Origin: Candidatus Limnocylindria bacterium
Lineage (GTDB): Bacteria; Chloroflexota; Limnocylindria; P2-11E
Assembly: GCA_036002305.1 (NCBI GenBank)
Contig: DASYTL010000026.1
Span: forward strand, 19,235-83,234
Length of the DNA: 64,000 bases
Reading direction: 5' to 3'
Part shown: positions 46,505-55,491 of the stretch, piece by piece
How positions within the stretch are numbered: position 1 is the first letter of the stretch
Layout of the letters: every line of letters starts with the position of its first letter
The notes under the pieces: model-generated
Told to the model about the DNA's origin: nothing
What the model saw: only the letters and a program-made list of their open reading frames with translations
Database searches by the model: none
Program-made: the position numbers and the translations under genes

Positions 46505-46870
46505 TCATTGTGCCCGTGCCTGCTCGCGCTCCGCATCCTCAACGCAGTACGGCGTCTCGGGGACGAGCTCCAACCGTTCTTCCGGGATCTGCTTGCCGCA
46601 GACGATGCAGCGCCCGTACTCGCCGCGCTCGAGCCTGCCCAGGGCTTCGTCGATCAGCGCGATGCGCGACTCGAACATCGCCTGGCGCGCGAGATCGAGC
46701 TCACGCGCCTCGGTCTCGCTGGCCACGTCCGCAGGGTGCTGGTCCGCGAGGGCGATGTCGCCTCCGCTGTCGCGCTGGGGGACCGCGAGCCGCTCCTTGA
46801 TCCGCTGCACCGTCGCCTCCAGGTCGGCGCGCTCGCGGAGGAGTCGCTCCCGAATCGCCTTTGCGTCCAC
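46505..46870 (-). CDS. TraR/DksA-family C4 zinc-finger protein
   Basis: Coiled-coil N-terminus, then ALGRLERGEYGRCIVCGKQIPEERLELVPETPYCVEDA. Start GTG 46870 (the track's start at 46909 would overlap the divergent gene). Confidence 0.75.
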   Translation of the reverse strand: MDAKAIRERLLRERADLEATVQRIKERLAVPQRDSGGDIALADQHPADVASETEARELDLARQAMFESRIALIDEALGRLERGEYGRCIVCGKQIPEERLELVPETPYCVEDAEREQARAQ

Positions 46871-46881
46871 TCTCGGCCTCC

Positions 46882-47217
46882 GTGCGCCAGAATTGGCTCG
46901 TGCTGCCACAAGAGGTCAGCAAGCGGCGTTCCGAACTGCTCCTTCTCGACGTGCGCGAACAAGACGAATGGGATGCCGGGCACATCGACGGCGCGCAGCA
47001 CATCCCCCTCGGCCAGCTCGCGGGAAAACTCGGTGAAGTACCCACCGGCCGGCCCCTCGTCACCGTCTGCCGGAGCGGGTCGCGCAGTGACCGCGCCGCG
47101 AAGGCGCTGAAGCAGAGCGGTTACGACGCCCAGAACCTCGAGGGGGGCGTCACCGCCTGGTCGCGCGCCGGCCTGCCCCTGGTCGCAAAGGGCGGCGGAC
47201 CAGGGCGCGTGATCTAA
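46882..47217 (+). CDS. single-domain rhodanese-like sulfurtransferase
   Basis: LLLDVREQDEWDAGHIDGAQHIPLGQL...LVTVCRSGSRSDRAAKALKQSGYDAQNLEGGVTAW (active-site loop CRSGSRS). Start GTG 46882 or TTG 46861. Confidence 0.75.
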   Translation: MRQNWLVLPQEVSKRRSELLLLDVREQDEWDAGHIDGAQHIPLGQLAGKLGEVPTGRPLVTVCRSGSRSDRAAKALKQSGYDAQNLEGGVTAWSRAGLPLVAKGGGPGRVI

Positions 47218-47316
47218 AGGAGCGCGCCCGCGCCGCTCTCCTGGCTCTCGACCGACGGGAGGAAGCTCCTCGTCACGCGGATCCTCCGGACCTTCGCCTA
47301 CGGCTATCTGGCCGTC

Positions 47317-48471
47317 GTGCTCGCCGTCTACATGGCCCGCCTGGGGCTCGACACCGTTCAGGTGGGGCTCGTGCTTTCGGCGGCGATCGCGGGCTCCGCC
47401 GTGATGACGGTCCTCTGGGCGATCGTCGCCGACCGCTACGGACGCCGGAGGACCGTGGCGACGATGGCCGCGCTCATGGTCATCGGCGGCCTGCTGTTCG
47501 CGTTCGGCTCGTCTCTCCCGATCCTCCTGCTCGGCGCGTTCACCGGGACCATCTCGGCGACGAGCTCGGAGGTCGGAGCGTTCCTCACCGTCGAGCAGGC
47601 GATCCTGCCCCAGACCGCGCCGCCTGAACGACGCACGTGGCTCTTCTCGATCTACGCCTTCGTGGCCAACATCGCGCAGGCCGCGGGCTCTCTTTTCGCC
47701 GGCGTCGTGGCGGCGTTCGCGTCGCTTGGCCTCACCGGTGCGGACGCGTACCGCCCGCTCTTCCTCATCTACGCCGCGATCGGCGCCGCGAACCTCGTGA
47801 TCTTCCTCAGCCTCTCGGATCGCGTCGAGGTCGCGCACGTCGAGGGCCAGCGGCGCTTCTTGGGAATTCATCGCTCGGCGAGCACCGTCGCCAGGCTCAG
47901 CTTCCTGTTCGGGATCGACTCCTTCGCCGGCGGGCTCATCGTCCACTCGCTGGTCGCGTACTGGTTCGACCTCCGCTGGGGTCTCACGCCACAGGAGCTT
48001 GGCGTGCTCTTCTTCGGCGTCAACGTCCTGTCGGGCCTCTCGCTGCTCGCGGCGGGCTGGCTCGCCAGCCGGATTGGACTGATCAACACCATGGTGTTCA
48101 CACACTTGCCGTCCAACGTGCTGCTCATCTTCGTGCCACTCATGCCAACGGCCGGGCTCGCCGCAGCCCTCTTCCTGTTGCGGATGAGCATCTCGCAGAT
48201 GGACGTGCCCACGCGGCAGTCCTACACGATGGCGGTCGTCGATCCGGACGAGCGGACCGCGGCCGCCGGCCTCACCAATGTCGCACGCAGCGCCGCGTCC
48301 GCGCTCTCGCCGGTGCTCACCGGATGGGCGTTCAGCGTGGCCGCGCTCGGCCTCCCGTTCTTCATCGCCGGCGGGGTGAAGATCGTCTACGACCTCCTTG
48401 TATTCGCGTCATTCCGCAACGTCCGGCCACCCGAAGAGGTCGGCGCGGGCGAGCCGGCCGCCGCCGGCTAG
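47317..48471 (+). CDS. MFS transporter; the N-terminus is unresolved (similarity extends upstream to 47218 with no canonical start)
   Basis: ...GLVLSAAIAGSAVMTVLWAIVADRYGRRRTV... with 11-12 TM overall. The first canonical start (GTG 47317) falls inside predicted TM1 (LLVTRILRTFAYGYLAVVLAVYMARLG). Confidence 0.7.
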   Translation: MLAVYMARLGLDTVQVGLVLSAAIAGSAVMTVLWAIVADRYGRRRTVATMAALMVIGGLLFAFGSSLPILLLGAFTGTISATSSEVGAFLTVEQAILPQTAPPERRTWLFSIYAFVANIAQAAGSLFAGVVAAFASLGLTGADAYRPLFLIYAAIGAANLVIFLSLSDRVEVAHVEGQRRFLGIHRSASTVARLSFLFGIDSFAGGLIVHSLVAYWFDLRWGLTPQELGVLFFGVNVLSGLSLLAAGWLASRIGLINTMVFTHLPSNVLLIFVPLMPTAGLAAALFLLRMSISQMDVPTRQSYTMAVVDPDERTAAAGLTNVARSAASALSPVLTGWAFSVAALGLPFFIAGGVKIVYDLLVFASFRNVRPPEEVGAGEPAAAG

Positions 48472-48499
48472 CGGCACGGCCCTTGCCGTCGCAGTGGTC

Positions 48500-48673
48500 A
48501 TGGAAAAAGAGAAGCCGCGCCCCGACGACACACCCGCGGAGGCCCAGGCGAAGAGCAAGAGCGTCGACGAGCGCATTCCGGAGGTGATCCCGCCCCACGA
48601 CGGCGACATCGGTCCGGGCGAGGAGGTCCTCTCGCAGGAGGCGAAAGCCGCCCGCCAGCCGCCCGGCGGCTAG
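48500..48673 (+). CDS. small acidic hypothetical protein (57 aa); uncertain
   Basis: Inner ATG of ORF 48398..48673. MEKEKPRPDDTPAEAQAKSKSVDERIPEVIPPHDGDIGPGEEVLSQEAK. Confidence 0.3.
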   Translation: MEKEKPRPDDTPAEAQAKSKSVDERIPEVIPPHDGDIGPGEEVLSQEAKAARQPPGG

Positions 48674-48709
48674 CGATCGCCCCCGACCGACTGGCTACGC
48701 TAGGACCGA

Positions 48710-49486
48710 ATGGCTGAGCGACACGCGTTCGACGAGCGTCATCTCGACCGCGAGTGGCTCGGCCAGCACCTCGCCGAGGAGCGCCGCGAGGCCGACCTGC
48801 TCGGCGAGATACGCGAGGCGCTCTTCGGTATGCAGGACGGCCTCGTGAGCACGCTCGCCGTGGTGAGCACGGTGGGAGGTGCAACCGGAGACCGTTACCC
48901 CATCGTCGTGGCCGGCATCGCCTCCGCGCTCGCAGGGGTCTTTTCGATGGCCGCGGGCGAGTACCTGTCGTCGAAGAGCCAGCGTGAGATCTACGTCGCG
49001 CAGATCGAGAAGGAGCGCGCGGAGGTCGACGAACGGCCGGCCGAAGCGCAGGCCGAGGTCGCCTATCTGCTCGAGACCGAGGGACTCTCCCCCGAGGCGG
49101 CCCGCCGTGTCGCCGCCGAGCTGGCGCGAGAGCCGGGCGTCCTGCTCAAGACGATGGTGGAGAAGGAGCTCGGGCTGGTCGTCGAAGAGGGCCGTGGAGC
49201 GCTTCAGGGCGCGCTCATCATGGGCGGGTCGTTCGGCATCGCCTCGCTCGTGCCGATCGTCCCGTACCTCCTGCTGCCGACGAACGTCGCGATCTGGGCG
49301 GCCGTCCTGCTCGGTCTCGTCGTCGTGTTCGCGATCGGCGCGTACAAGACGCGTTGGACAAGGCGCAACCCGATCGGCTCGGGCCTCGAGGTGGTCGCGC
49401 TTGCCGCGTTCGCTGGAGTCGCGGGATATCTCTTCGGCTCGGTCCTGCCCCTGCTTCTCGGGGTCGCGGGCATCTCCACCATGTGA
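48710..49486 (+). CDS. VIT1/CCC1-family iron/manganese transporter
   Basis: REALFGMQDGLVSTLAVVSTVGGA...AGIASALAGVFSMAAGEYLSSKSQRE..., a central EAQAEVAYLLE helix region, and C-terminal TMs. Confidence 0.8.
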   Translation: MAERHAFDERHLDREWLGQHLAEERREADLLGEIREALFGMQDGLVSTLAVVSTVGGATGDRYPIVVAGIASALAGVFSMAAGEYLSSKSQREIYVAQIEKERAEVDERPAEAQAEVAYLLETEGLSPEAARRVAAELAREPGVLLKTMVEKELGLVVEEGRGALQGALIMGGSFGIASLVPIVPYLLLPTNVAIWAAVLLGLVVVFAIGAYKTRWTRRNPIGSGLEVVALAAFAGVAGYLFGSVLPLLLGVAGISTM

Positions 49487-50862
49487 TCGGCCCGGCGTAT
49501 CTTTCCGCCGTGCTGCTGCAGCAGTTCTTCGATCCCGGACTCGGCCACGCGAGCTACCTCGTCGCGGATCCGGATGCCGGCGTCGCGTTCCTCGTCGATC
49601 CCGACCGCCACATCGAGCCGTACCTGGCCGCGGCCTCCCAGCTCGGCGTCCTGATCACGGATTCGTTCGAGACACACGTGCACAACGACTACATATCGGG
49701 CTCGCGGGCGCTCTCGGAGCTGCGGCCGATCACGGTCCACACCGGCAAGGGGGCGGCGGTGACCTATCCACACGCCTCGCACGCGGACGGCGACACGGTG
49801 CGGGTCGGCGAGCTCAGCATCGGGTTCGTCGCGACGCCGGGGCACACGCCCGAGCACGTCGCCTACCTCGTCGCCGATCTGCGGCGCGCCGACGATCCGC
49901 AGTACCTCTTCTCGGGCGGAGCGCTGCTCGTCGGACACATCGCGCGCGTCGACCTCCTCGGCCCCAAGCTCGCCGAGACGCTCGCGCGATCGGCGTACGA
50001 CACGCTGCGCGAGCGGGTGCTCACCCTGTCCGACTACGTCGCGGTCTTCCCGACGCACGGCGGCGGCAGCGCCTGCACGGCCGAGGTGGCGGGGTCGCGG
50101 TGGACGACCATCGGCTTCGAGCGGAAGCACAACCACATCGCGCGCGCCGCGTCGGGCGACTACCCGTCGTTCCGCGCGGCGATCGCGGAGGGGCTGCCGG
50201 TCGCGCCGGTGTACTACCCGCACGTCCGCGCGCTGAACGCCGAAGGCGCGCCGCTCTCGGACCGGCGGCCGCTCGCGTTCCTCCGCGATGCGCCGAGCGG
50301 TGCCGCGCTGATCGACCCGCGGCCGCCGCACCTCTTCGGCGCCGGTCACCGCAGCGGGGCGCTGAACGTGGTCGGGAACGATTCGTTCGCGGTGAGGGTC
50401 GGGGCGACCATCCCGTTCGGGACCCCGATCGTGATCCTTTCGCTCGACTCGGATCAAGCGGAACGTCTTCGGGCGCAGCTCGCGGTCATCGGCTTCGATG
50501 ACGTCCGCGGCTACGCATCGCCCGAGCCGCCCGGCGGCGATGAGGTCATGCGGATCGAGCAGCTCGACGCTCGCGCGGCCGCCGAGCGCGCCGGCGGTGG
50601 GGCGGTACTCCTCGACGTGCGCGAGGTGTCGGAATGGCGCGCGGGTCACGCGCCGGGCGCGGTGCACGTCCCCTACGAGCAGCTCCGCGACCGAGCCGGC
50701 GACCTGCCCGCCGGTCGCCCGATCGTGACGTACTGCGCGGGCGGCATCCGCTCGAGCCTGGCGGCGAGCATCCTCGAGTCGGCGGGTCGCGACGTCGCGA
50801 ATCTGCGCGGCGGTTTCACCGCGTGGCGCAACGCGGGCCTCCCGATCTCACGAGAGAAATAA
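49483..50862 (+). CDS. MBL-fold hydrolase (persulfide-dioxygenase-like) fused to two rhodanese-like domains
   Basis: GTG 49483 overlaps the VIT stop. SYLVADPDAGVAFLVDP...ETHVHNDYISG...ATPGHTPEHVAYLV...FPTHGGGSAC. C-terminal LLDVREVSEWRAGHAPGAVHVPY...IVTYCAGGIRSSLAASIL. Confidence 0.8.
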   Translation: MIGPAYLSAVLLQQFFDPGLGHASYLVADPDAGVAFLVDPDRHIEPYLAAASQLGVLITDSFETHVHNDYISGSRALSELRPITVHTGKGAAVTYPHASHADGDTVRVGELSIGFVATPGHTPEHVAYLVADLRRADDPQYLFSGGALLVGHIARVDLLGPKLAETLARSAYDTLRERVLTLSDYVAVFPTHGGGSACTAEVAGSRWTTIGFERKHNHIARAASGDYPSFRAAIAEGLPVAPVYYPHVRALNAEGAPLSDRRPLAFLRDAPSGAALIDPRPPHLFGAGHRSGALNVVGNDSFAVRVGATIPFGTPIVILSLDSDQAERLRAQLAVIGFDDVRGYASPEPPGGDEVMRIEQLDARAAAERAGGGAVLLDVREVSEWRAGHAPGAVHVPYEQLRDRAGDLPAGRPIVTYCAGGIRSSLAASILESAGRDVANLRGGFTAWRNAGLPISREK

Positions 50863-50895
50863 CCGAAAGGCACGCTTTCTGCTCGACCCATAGGG

Positions 50896-52185
50896 ATGGC
50901 GATCCAGCATGGTGTTCCACCCCTGGGCATCGCCTTGCCAAACGAGAAGGCGCTCACACCGCAGAATGGTCTGGTGCGCATCGCTTTCGTCGCCTCCGCC
51001 ATTCCCCGACGCTGCGGCATCGCCACGTTCACGGCTGACCTCATGGCCGCTGTGAAGGCGGCCGACCCAGCGGTCCGTTGCATCTCCGCCGCGATCGACG
51101 AGCCGAACGCCGCCCGAGCGTACGGGCCGGACGTTCGCTGGCGGATCAGGCAGGGCGACATGCAGAGCTACCGGGGCGCGGCGCGCGCGATCAACGAATC
51201 GTCGGCCGACGTGGTGAACCTCCAGCATGAGTTCGGTCTTTTCGGGACCTGGCGCGATGGCGTCTATGAGGATCACGCCGTTCCTTTCCTCAACGAGCTG
51301 AACAAGCCCGCGATCACCACGCTGCACACCGTCCTGCCGAAGCCCGAGCCGCAGATCCGCGACACCGTGCGCCGGATCGCGGCGAGCAGCTCGCGGATCG
51401 TGGTCATGGCGGAGACCGCCGCGCGCCTGCTGGCGGACGTCTACGGCGTCGAGGGGCGCCCCATCGTGATCCCGCACGGCATGCCGGCGATCGTCCCGCG
51501 CGGCCGGCGCCGGCTGAAGCGGCAGCTCGGGATGGAGCGCCGAACGATCCTGTCGACGTTCGGTCTCGTCGATCCGCGCAAGGGCCTCGAGCACATGATC
51601 GCGGCCATGCCCGCGGTCGTCGCACGCCACCCCGACGCGCTCTACCTCATCGTGGGGCAGACTCACCCCGAGCTCCTCCGCAAGGAAGGCGAGCGCTACC
51701 GCAACGAGCTCGTCGCCGTGATCGAGCGCCTGGGGATGGCCGACCACGTCCAGTTCGTGAACCAGTACCTGACCCAGCGCGAGATCGTCGACTATCTCCT
51801 AGCGACCGACGTGTACGTCACCCCGTATCTGGACCTGAACCAGATCACCAGCGGGACCCTCGCCTACGCGCTCGGCGCGGGCAAGGCGATCGTGTCGACG
51901 CGCTACCTGCACGCGGCCGAAGCGCTCGCCGACGGGCGCGGTCTCCTCGTCGGTGTCCGCGACTCCGACGGCCTCGCGCGCGCGGTGCTCGCCATCCTCG
52001 ACGATCCATCGCTCAAGCACGAGCTCGAGACCCGCGCCTACGAGTACGGAAAAGAGATGGCCTGGCCGAACGTCGGCCGTCGCGTCCTCGCGCTCACCCG
52101 CGAGGTGCTCGAGTCAGCTCCCGCGGCGCTCGAGCGCGCCCACGAGGGCGCGAGCGAGGAGTCGGTCGAACCTCGTCCCGCATGA
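50896..52185 (+). CDS. GT4-family (group 1) glycosyltransferase
   Basis: RIAFVASAIPRRCGIATF...NLQHEFGLFG...STFGLVDPRKGLEHMI...TPYLDLNQITSGTLAYALGAGKAIVST. Likely alternative start GTG 50974 (VRIAFV). Confidence 0.8.
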   Translation: MAIQHGVPPLGIALPNEKALTPQNGLVRIAFVASAIPRRCGIATFTADLMAAVKAADPAVRCISAAIDEPNAARAYGPDVRWRIRQGDMQSYRGAARAINESSADVVNLQHEFGLFGTWRDGVYEDHAVPFLNELNKPAITTLHTVLPKPEPQIRDTVRRIAASSSRIVVMAETAARLLADVYGVEGRPIVIPHGMPAIVPRGRRRLKRQLGMERRTILSTFGLVDPRKGLEHMIAAMPAVVARHPDALYLIVGQTHPELLRKEGERYRNELVAVIERLGMADHVQFVNQYLTQREIVDYLLATDVYVTPYLDLNQITSGTLAYALGAGKAIVSTRYLHAAEALADGRGLLVGVRDSDGLARAVLAILDDPSLKHELETRAYEYGKEMAWPNVGRRVLALTREVLESAPAALERAHEGASEESVEPRPA

Positions 52186-53372
52186 GCTTGGGCCTGCGTC
52201 TCGACGAGAACCCGCTGATCACTCCGCGCGACGTGAAGCCGTCGCAGCCGGAGCTCGAGGTCGTCTCGGTCTTCAACGCGGCGACCGCTCGAGTCGACGG
52301 CGAGGTCGTGCTCCTGCTGCGGGTGGCCGAACGTCCGCGCAGCGACATCGACCCGCCCACCGGCGCGCTCACGCTCGACCTCGACGGGCCCCACCCGGTC
52401 CTGCGCCCGCTCGGCCGCGGGTACACCAAGGACGACGTGATCGGGATGTGCTTCCTCGATACCGCGAAGCATCCGCCTGAGGTGGTCATCGCGTACATCC
52501 CGAGGAATCTCCCGGGCCTCGACCTTCGCGACCCCCGCGCGATCCGTTACCGGAACAACACCGGTGTGATGCGGAACATCAACGACGGCTACTGCGATTA
52601 CCTCGCGCAGATGTCGCACCTGCGGGTCGCGCGCAGCGGTGACGGCGTCGCCTTCGAGGTCGACGAGCGGCCCGCGCTCATGCCACACGAGGACATCGAG
52701 GAGTACGGCGTCGAGGATCCGCGCGCGACCTTCATCGACGGGCGCTGGCACGTCACCTACGTCTCCGTGTCGCGGTGGGGGATCACCACCAGCCTCGCGA
52801 CGACGACGGACTTCAGGGCTTTCGAGCGGCGTGGTCTGATCTTCCTGCCCGACCACAAGGACGTGGTGATCTTCCCCGAGAAGATGGATGGCAAGTACGT
52901 GGCTCTCACTCGCCCGATGCCCCAATCGTTCGGCCGGATCTTCGGCATCTGGGTTGCGTTCTCGGATGACCTCGTCGAATGGGGCGGCCACGAGACCGTG
53001 TGCCTTCCGCGATGGGACCGGTGGGACGAGCTCCGCACGGGCGCGTCTGCGGTCCCGATCCGCACGAAGGACGGCTGGCTCGAGCTGTATCACGGGGTCG
53101 ATCGCCACAACCGCTACGCCATGGGCGGCCTGCTCCTGGACGGCGCCGACCCGCGCAAGGTCCTCGCGCGCTCGCCGGAGCCGATCCTCGCGCCCGAGTG
53201 CGGATACGAACGGCTCGGCCTCTTCAACAACACGATCTTCTCGTGCGGGGCGGTCGAGATCGGTCCGGACCGGATCCGCATGTACTACGGCGCCGCCGAC
53301 TCGGTCGTCGCGGCCGCGGACTTCTCCGTTCCGGAGATCATCGCGAGCCTCGAGGAGTGGCGCCACGCTTAG
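52182..53372 (+). CDS. GH130-family glycoside phosphorylase/hydrolase (PH1107-related)
   Basis: ATGA overlap with GT4. NPLITPRDV...VFNAATARVDGEVVLLLRV...GVEDPRATFIDGRWHVTYVSVS...VVIFPEKMDGKYVALTRP...ELYHGVD...YYGAADS. Confidence 0.8.
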   Translation: MSLGLRLDENPLITPRDVKPSQPELEVVSVFNAATARVDGEVVLLLRVAERPRSDIDPPTGALTLDLDGPHPVLRPLGRGYTKDDVIGMCFLDTAKHPPEVVIAYIPRNLPGLDLRDPRAIRYRNNTGVMRNINDGYCDYLAQMSHLRVARSGDGVAFEVDERPALMPHEDIEEYGVEDPRATFIDGRWHVTYVSVSRWGITTSLATTTDFRAFERRGLIFLPDHKDVVIFPEKMDGKYVALTRPMPQSFGRIFGIWVAFSDDLVEWGGHETVCLPRWDRWDELRTGASAVPIRTKDGWLELYHGVDRHNRYAMGGLLLDGADPRKVLARSPEPILAPECGYERLGLFNNTIFSCGAVEIGPDRIRMYYGAADSVVAAADFSVPEIIASLEEWRHA

Positions 53373-53397
53373 GCAGCTCGCTCGCCTGACGCGCCGC

Positions 53398-54435
53398 GTG
53401 CCGGCCGCGGGCCCGCACGCCTGGGCGCTCACCGTTTACGCCAACGACGAGGACTTCGCGCTCGCCGCTCGCGACAAGGGCTTCGAGGGCGTCGCGTGCG
53501 TCGACGACGCGGCCCGCGCCGTCGTGCTCCTGCTCGACCTCTTCAAGGACACCGGCGACCGCCGGCTCGGAGAATGGGCGAGCGGTCTGCTCGACTTCGT
53601 GCTCTACATGCAGCGCGAGGACGGCCGGTTCCACAACTTCATCCACGACTGGGACGGCACCATCAACACCGACGGTCCGACCTCGTTCGCCGGCGGCACG
53701 TTCTGGCAGGCGCGCGCGGTCCGCGCCCTCGCCAAGGCGCATCTCGCGCTGCGCGATCCGCGCGTCGCGCTCCCGCTGGCGCGAGGGTTCGCGTACGCGA
53801 CCGAGAACGAGGCGCCGCCCGACGTGCGCGCGATCCACGTCCTCGCGGCGCTCGACCTCATGCGCATCGGCCTCACGCCGGTGCTGCGGGACACGCTCGA
53901 GCGCTGGTGCGACGAGATCGCCGCGTGCCGGGAGGGCGACGTCCTCCTGAACGTCCGGGGCGAACCCACGCCTCATCTCTGGGGACACGTGCAGGAGGGG
54001 GCGCTCGCCGAGGCGGCGCTCGTGCTCGACCGGCCGGACCTGCTCCAGATCGCGCGCCGAAGCGCGCACGCCCTGCTGACGCCCCAGATAGAGCGTTCGT
54101 TCCCGGAGAGCATGGTCCAGCCATACGGCGTCGCGGCGGCGGTGTACGTGATGGACCGCCTGTATCAGGCGACGAACGAGAGCGCATACGCGCGCTGGCG
54201 CGATCACGCGCGCGCCTGGTTCTCAGGGCGCAACGCCGCGGGAAGGCCGGTCTACGACCGCGAGCAGGGACGCGTGCACGACGGGCTCGACGACGGGCGT
54301 CTGAATCCCCACTCGGGCGCGGAGTCCAATATCGTCGCGGCCCAGGCTCTCTTCCCGGAGGTCGCGGGCCGCGTCGGCGCGATGCTCGATGAAGCCGGGG
54401 ATCAGCTCGAGTCATCCGTCGAGGCCGGCGCCTAG
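53398..54435 (+). CDS. hypothetical protein, third member of the GT4/GH130 cluster
   Basis: GTG 53398, 25 nt after the GH130 stop. ...GFEGVACVDDAARAVVLLLDLF...YMQREDGRFHNFIHDW...GTFWQARAVRALAKAH... Helical-repeat appearance; family not recognised. Confidence 0.5.
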   Translation: MPAAGPHAWALTVYANDEDFALAARDKGFEGVACVDDAARAVVLLLDLFKDTGDRRLGEWASGLLDFVLYMQREDGRFHNFIHDWDGTINTDGPTSFAGGTFWQARAVRALAKAHLALRDPRVALPLARGFAYATENEAPPDVRAIHVLAALDLMRIGLTPVLRDTLERWCDEIAACREGDVLLNVRGEPTPHLWGHVQEGALAEAALVLDRPDLLQIARRSAHALLTPQIERSFPESMVQPYGVAAAVYVMDRLYQATNESAYARWRDHARAWFSGRNAAGRPVYDREQGRVHDGLDDGRLNPHSGAESNIVAAQALFPEVAGRVGAMLDEAGDQLESSVEAGA

Positions 54436-55484
54436 GACTTCACCCGGATCCGCACCGGCCGCGCGGCGTTGTTCATGTAGCCCAGGGCGTTCCAGCGCTG
54501 CCCCAGTGGCTGCGTGTTGCCCGCGGCGTCGGTCGCGCGGGCCACGAGCTCGAAGCTCATCGCCGATCCCCGGGCCGCGAGCTCGACGAGGAGCCGCATG
54601 CGAAATGCCCGCCACGCGTACGGTGACGGCGACGCGTCGAGGTCGGCGACGCGCACATCGTCGGACACGCTCACGTCGACCCGCTCGATCGGCGCGATCC
54701 CCGACCATGCGTAGCCGCGCACCTCGAGCAGCGGAGCCGGGACTTCGTCACCGTCTCGCGGATGGGTGATCACGGCCCGAGGCGCGATCTCCCGGAGCGG
54801 GCGCCCGTCGATCACGTAGCGGTCACGTTGGAAGAAGCCGGCGAACGGCTGGTCGAGCGGCGTGATGCGCGAGAGCCACTTGACCGAGGCCATCCCGTAC
54901 CAGCCGGGGACCACGAGGCGAAGTGGTCCTCCGTGCTCCGGCGGTATGGGCTCTCCGTTCATCGCATACGTGACGAGCACGTCATCTCCGAGCGCGACGT
55001 CCACCGGCAGCGAGCGTTCGTACGCGACTTGCTTGCCGAGGTCCTTCGGGACGCCGGAGTCCGCACCGCGGAAGAGCACCTCGACCGCGCGGCGTGGGAA
55101 CGCGGCGAGCTCGAGGACCGAGCGAAGGGATGCTCCCGTCCACTCCGCGGTGCCGACGGCCCCCAGGCCCCACTGCTCGCCGGGGACCGCAGGCTCGAGG
55201 AAGCGCCGTCCGTTGCCGGCGCACTCGAGCGTGACCGCGAGGGTGCGCGCGGGCAGGGCGCGAACGTCCAGCAACGACACGGACCGCGGGCTTTCCGCAT
55301 CGACGATCAGCGCCTGCGCCGCCTCGGGGATCGGAAAGTGCGTCCGAACGTAGTGGCGGCCGGCGGGCACGATCGGGGGCGTCCGCTCCTCGAGCTTTGT
55401 CTCGGCGTTCAGGGGCTGCTCGGTCAGCACGAGAAGATCGCGTTCCGGCACCGCGCCAGTCTGCCAGCGAGCGCGCCGTAGCAT
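54432..55484 (-). CDS. sulfite-oxidase-family molybdoenzyme (Mo-binding plus dimerisation domain)
   Basis: HYVRTHFPIP...LAVTLECAGNGRRF...GTAEWTGASL...YAMNGEPIPPEHGGPLRLVVPGWYGMASVKWLSRI...VRGYAWSG. Start ATG 55484 (or 55517). Confidence 0.8.
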   Translation of the reverse strand: MLRRARWQTGAVPERDLLVLTEQPLNAETKLEERTPPIVPAGRHYVRTHFPIPEAAQALIVDAESPRSVSLLDVRALPARTLAVTLECAGNGRRFLEPAVPGEQWGLGAVGTAEWTGASLRSVLELAAFPRRAVEVLFRGADSGVPKDLGKQVAYERSLPVDVALGDDVLVTYAMNGEPIPPEHGGPLRLVVPGWYGMASVKWLSRITPLDQPFAGFFQRDRYVIDGRPLREIAPRAVITHPRDGDEVPAPLLEVRGYAWSGIAPIERVDVSVSDDVRVADLDASPSPYAWRAFRMRLLVELAARGSAMSFELVARATDAAGNTQPLGQRWNALGYMNNAARPVRIRVKS

Positions 55485-55491
55485 CGCGACG

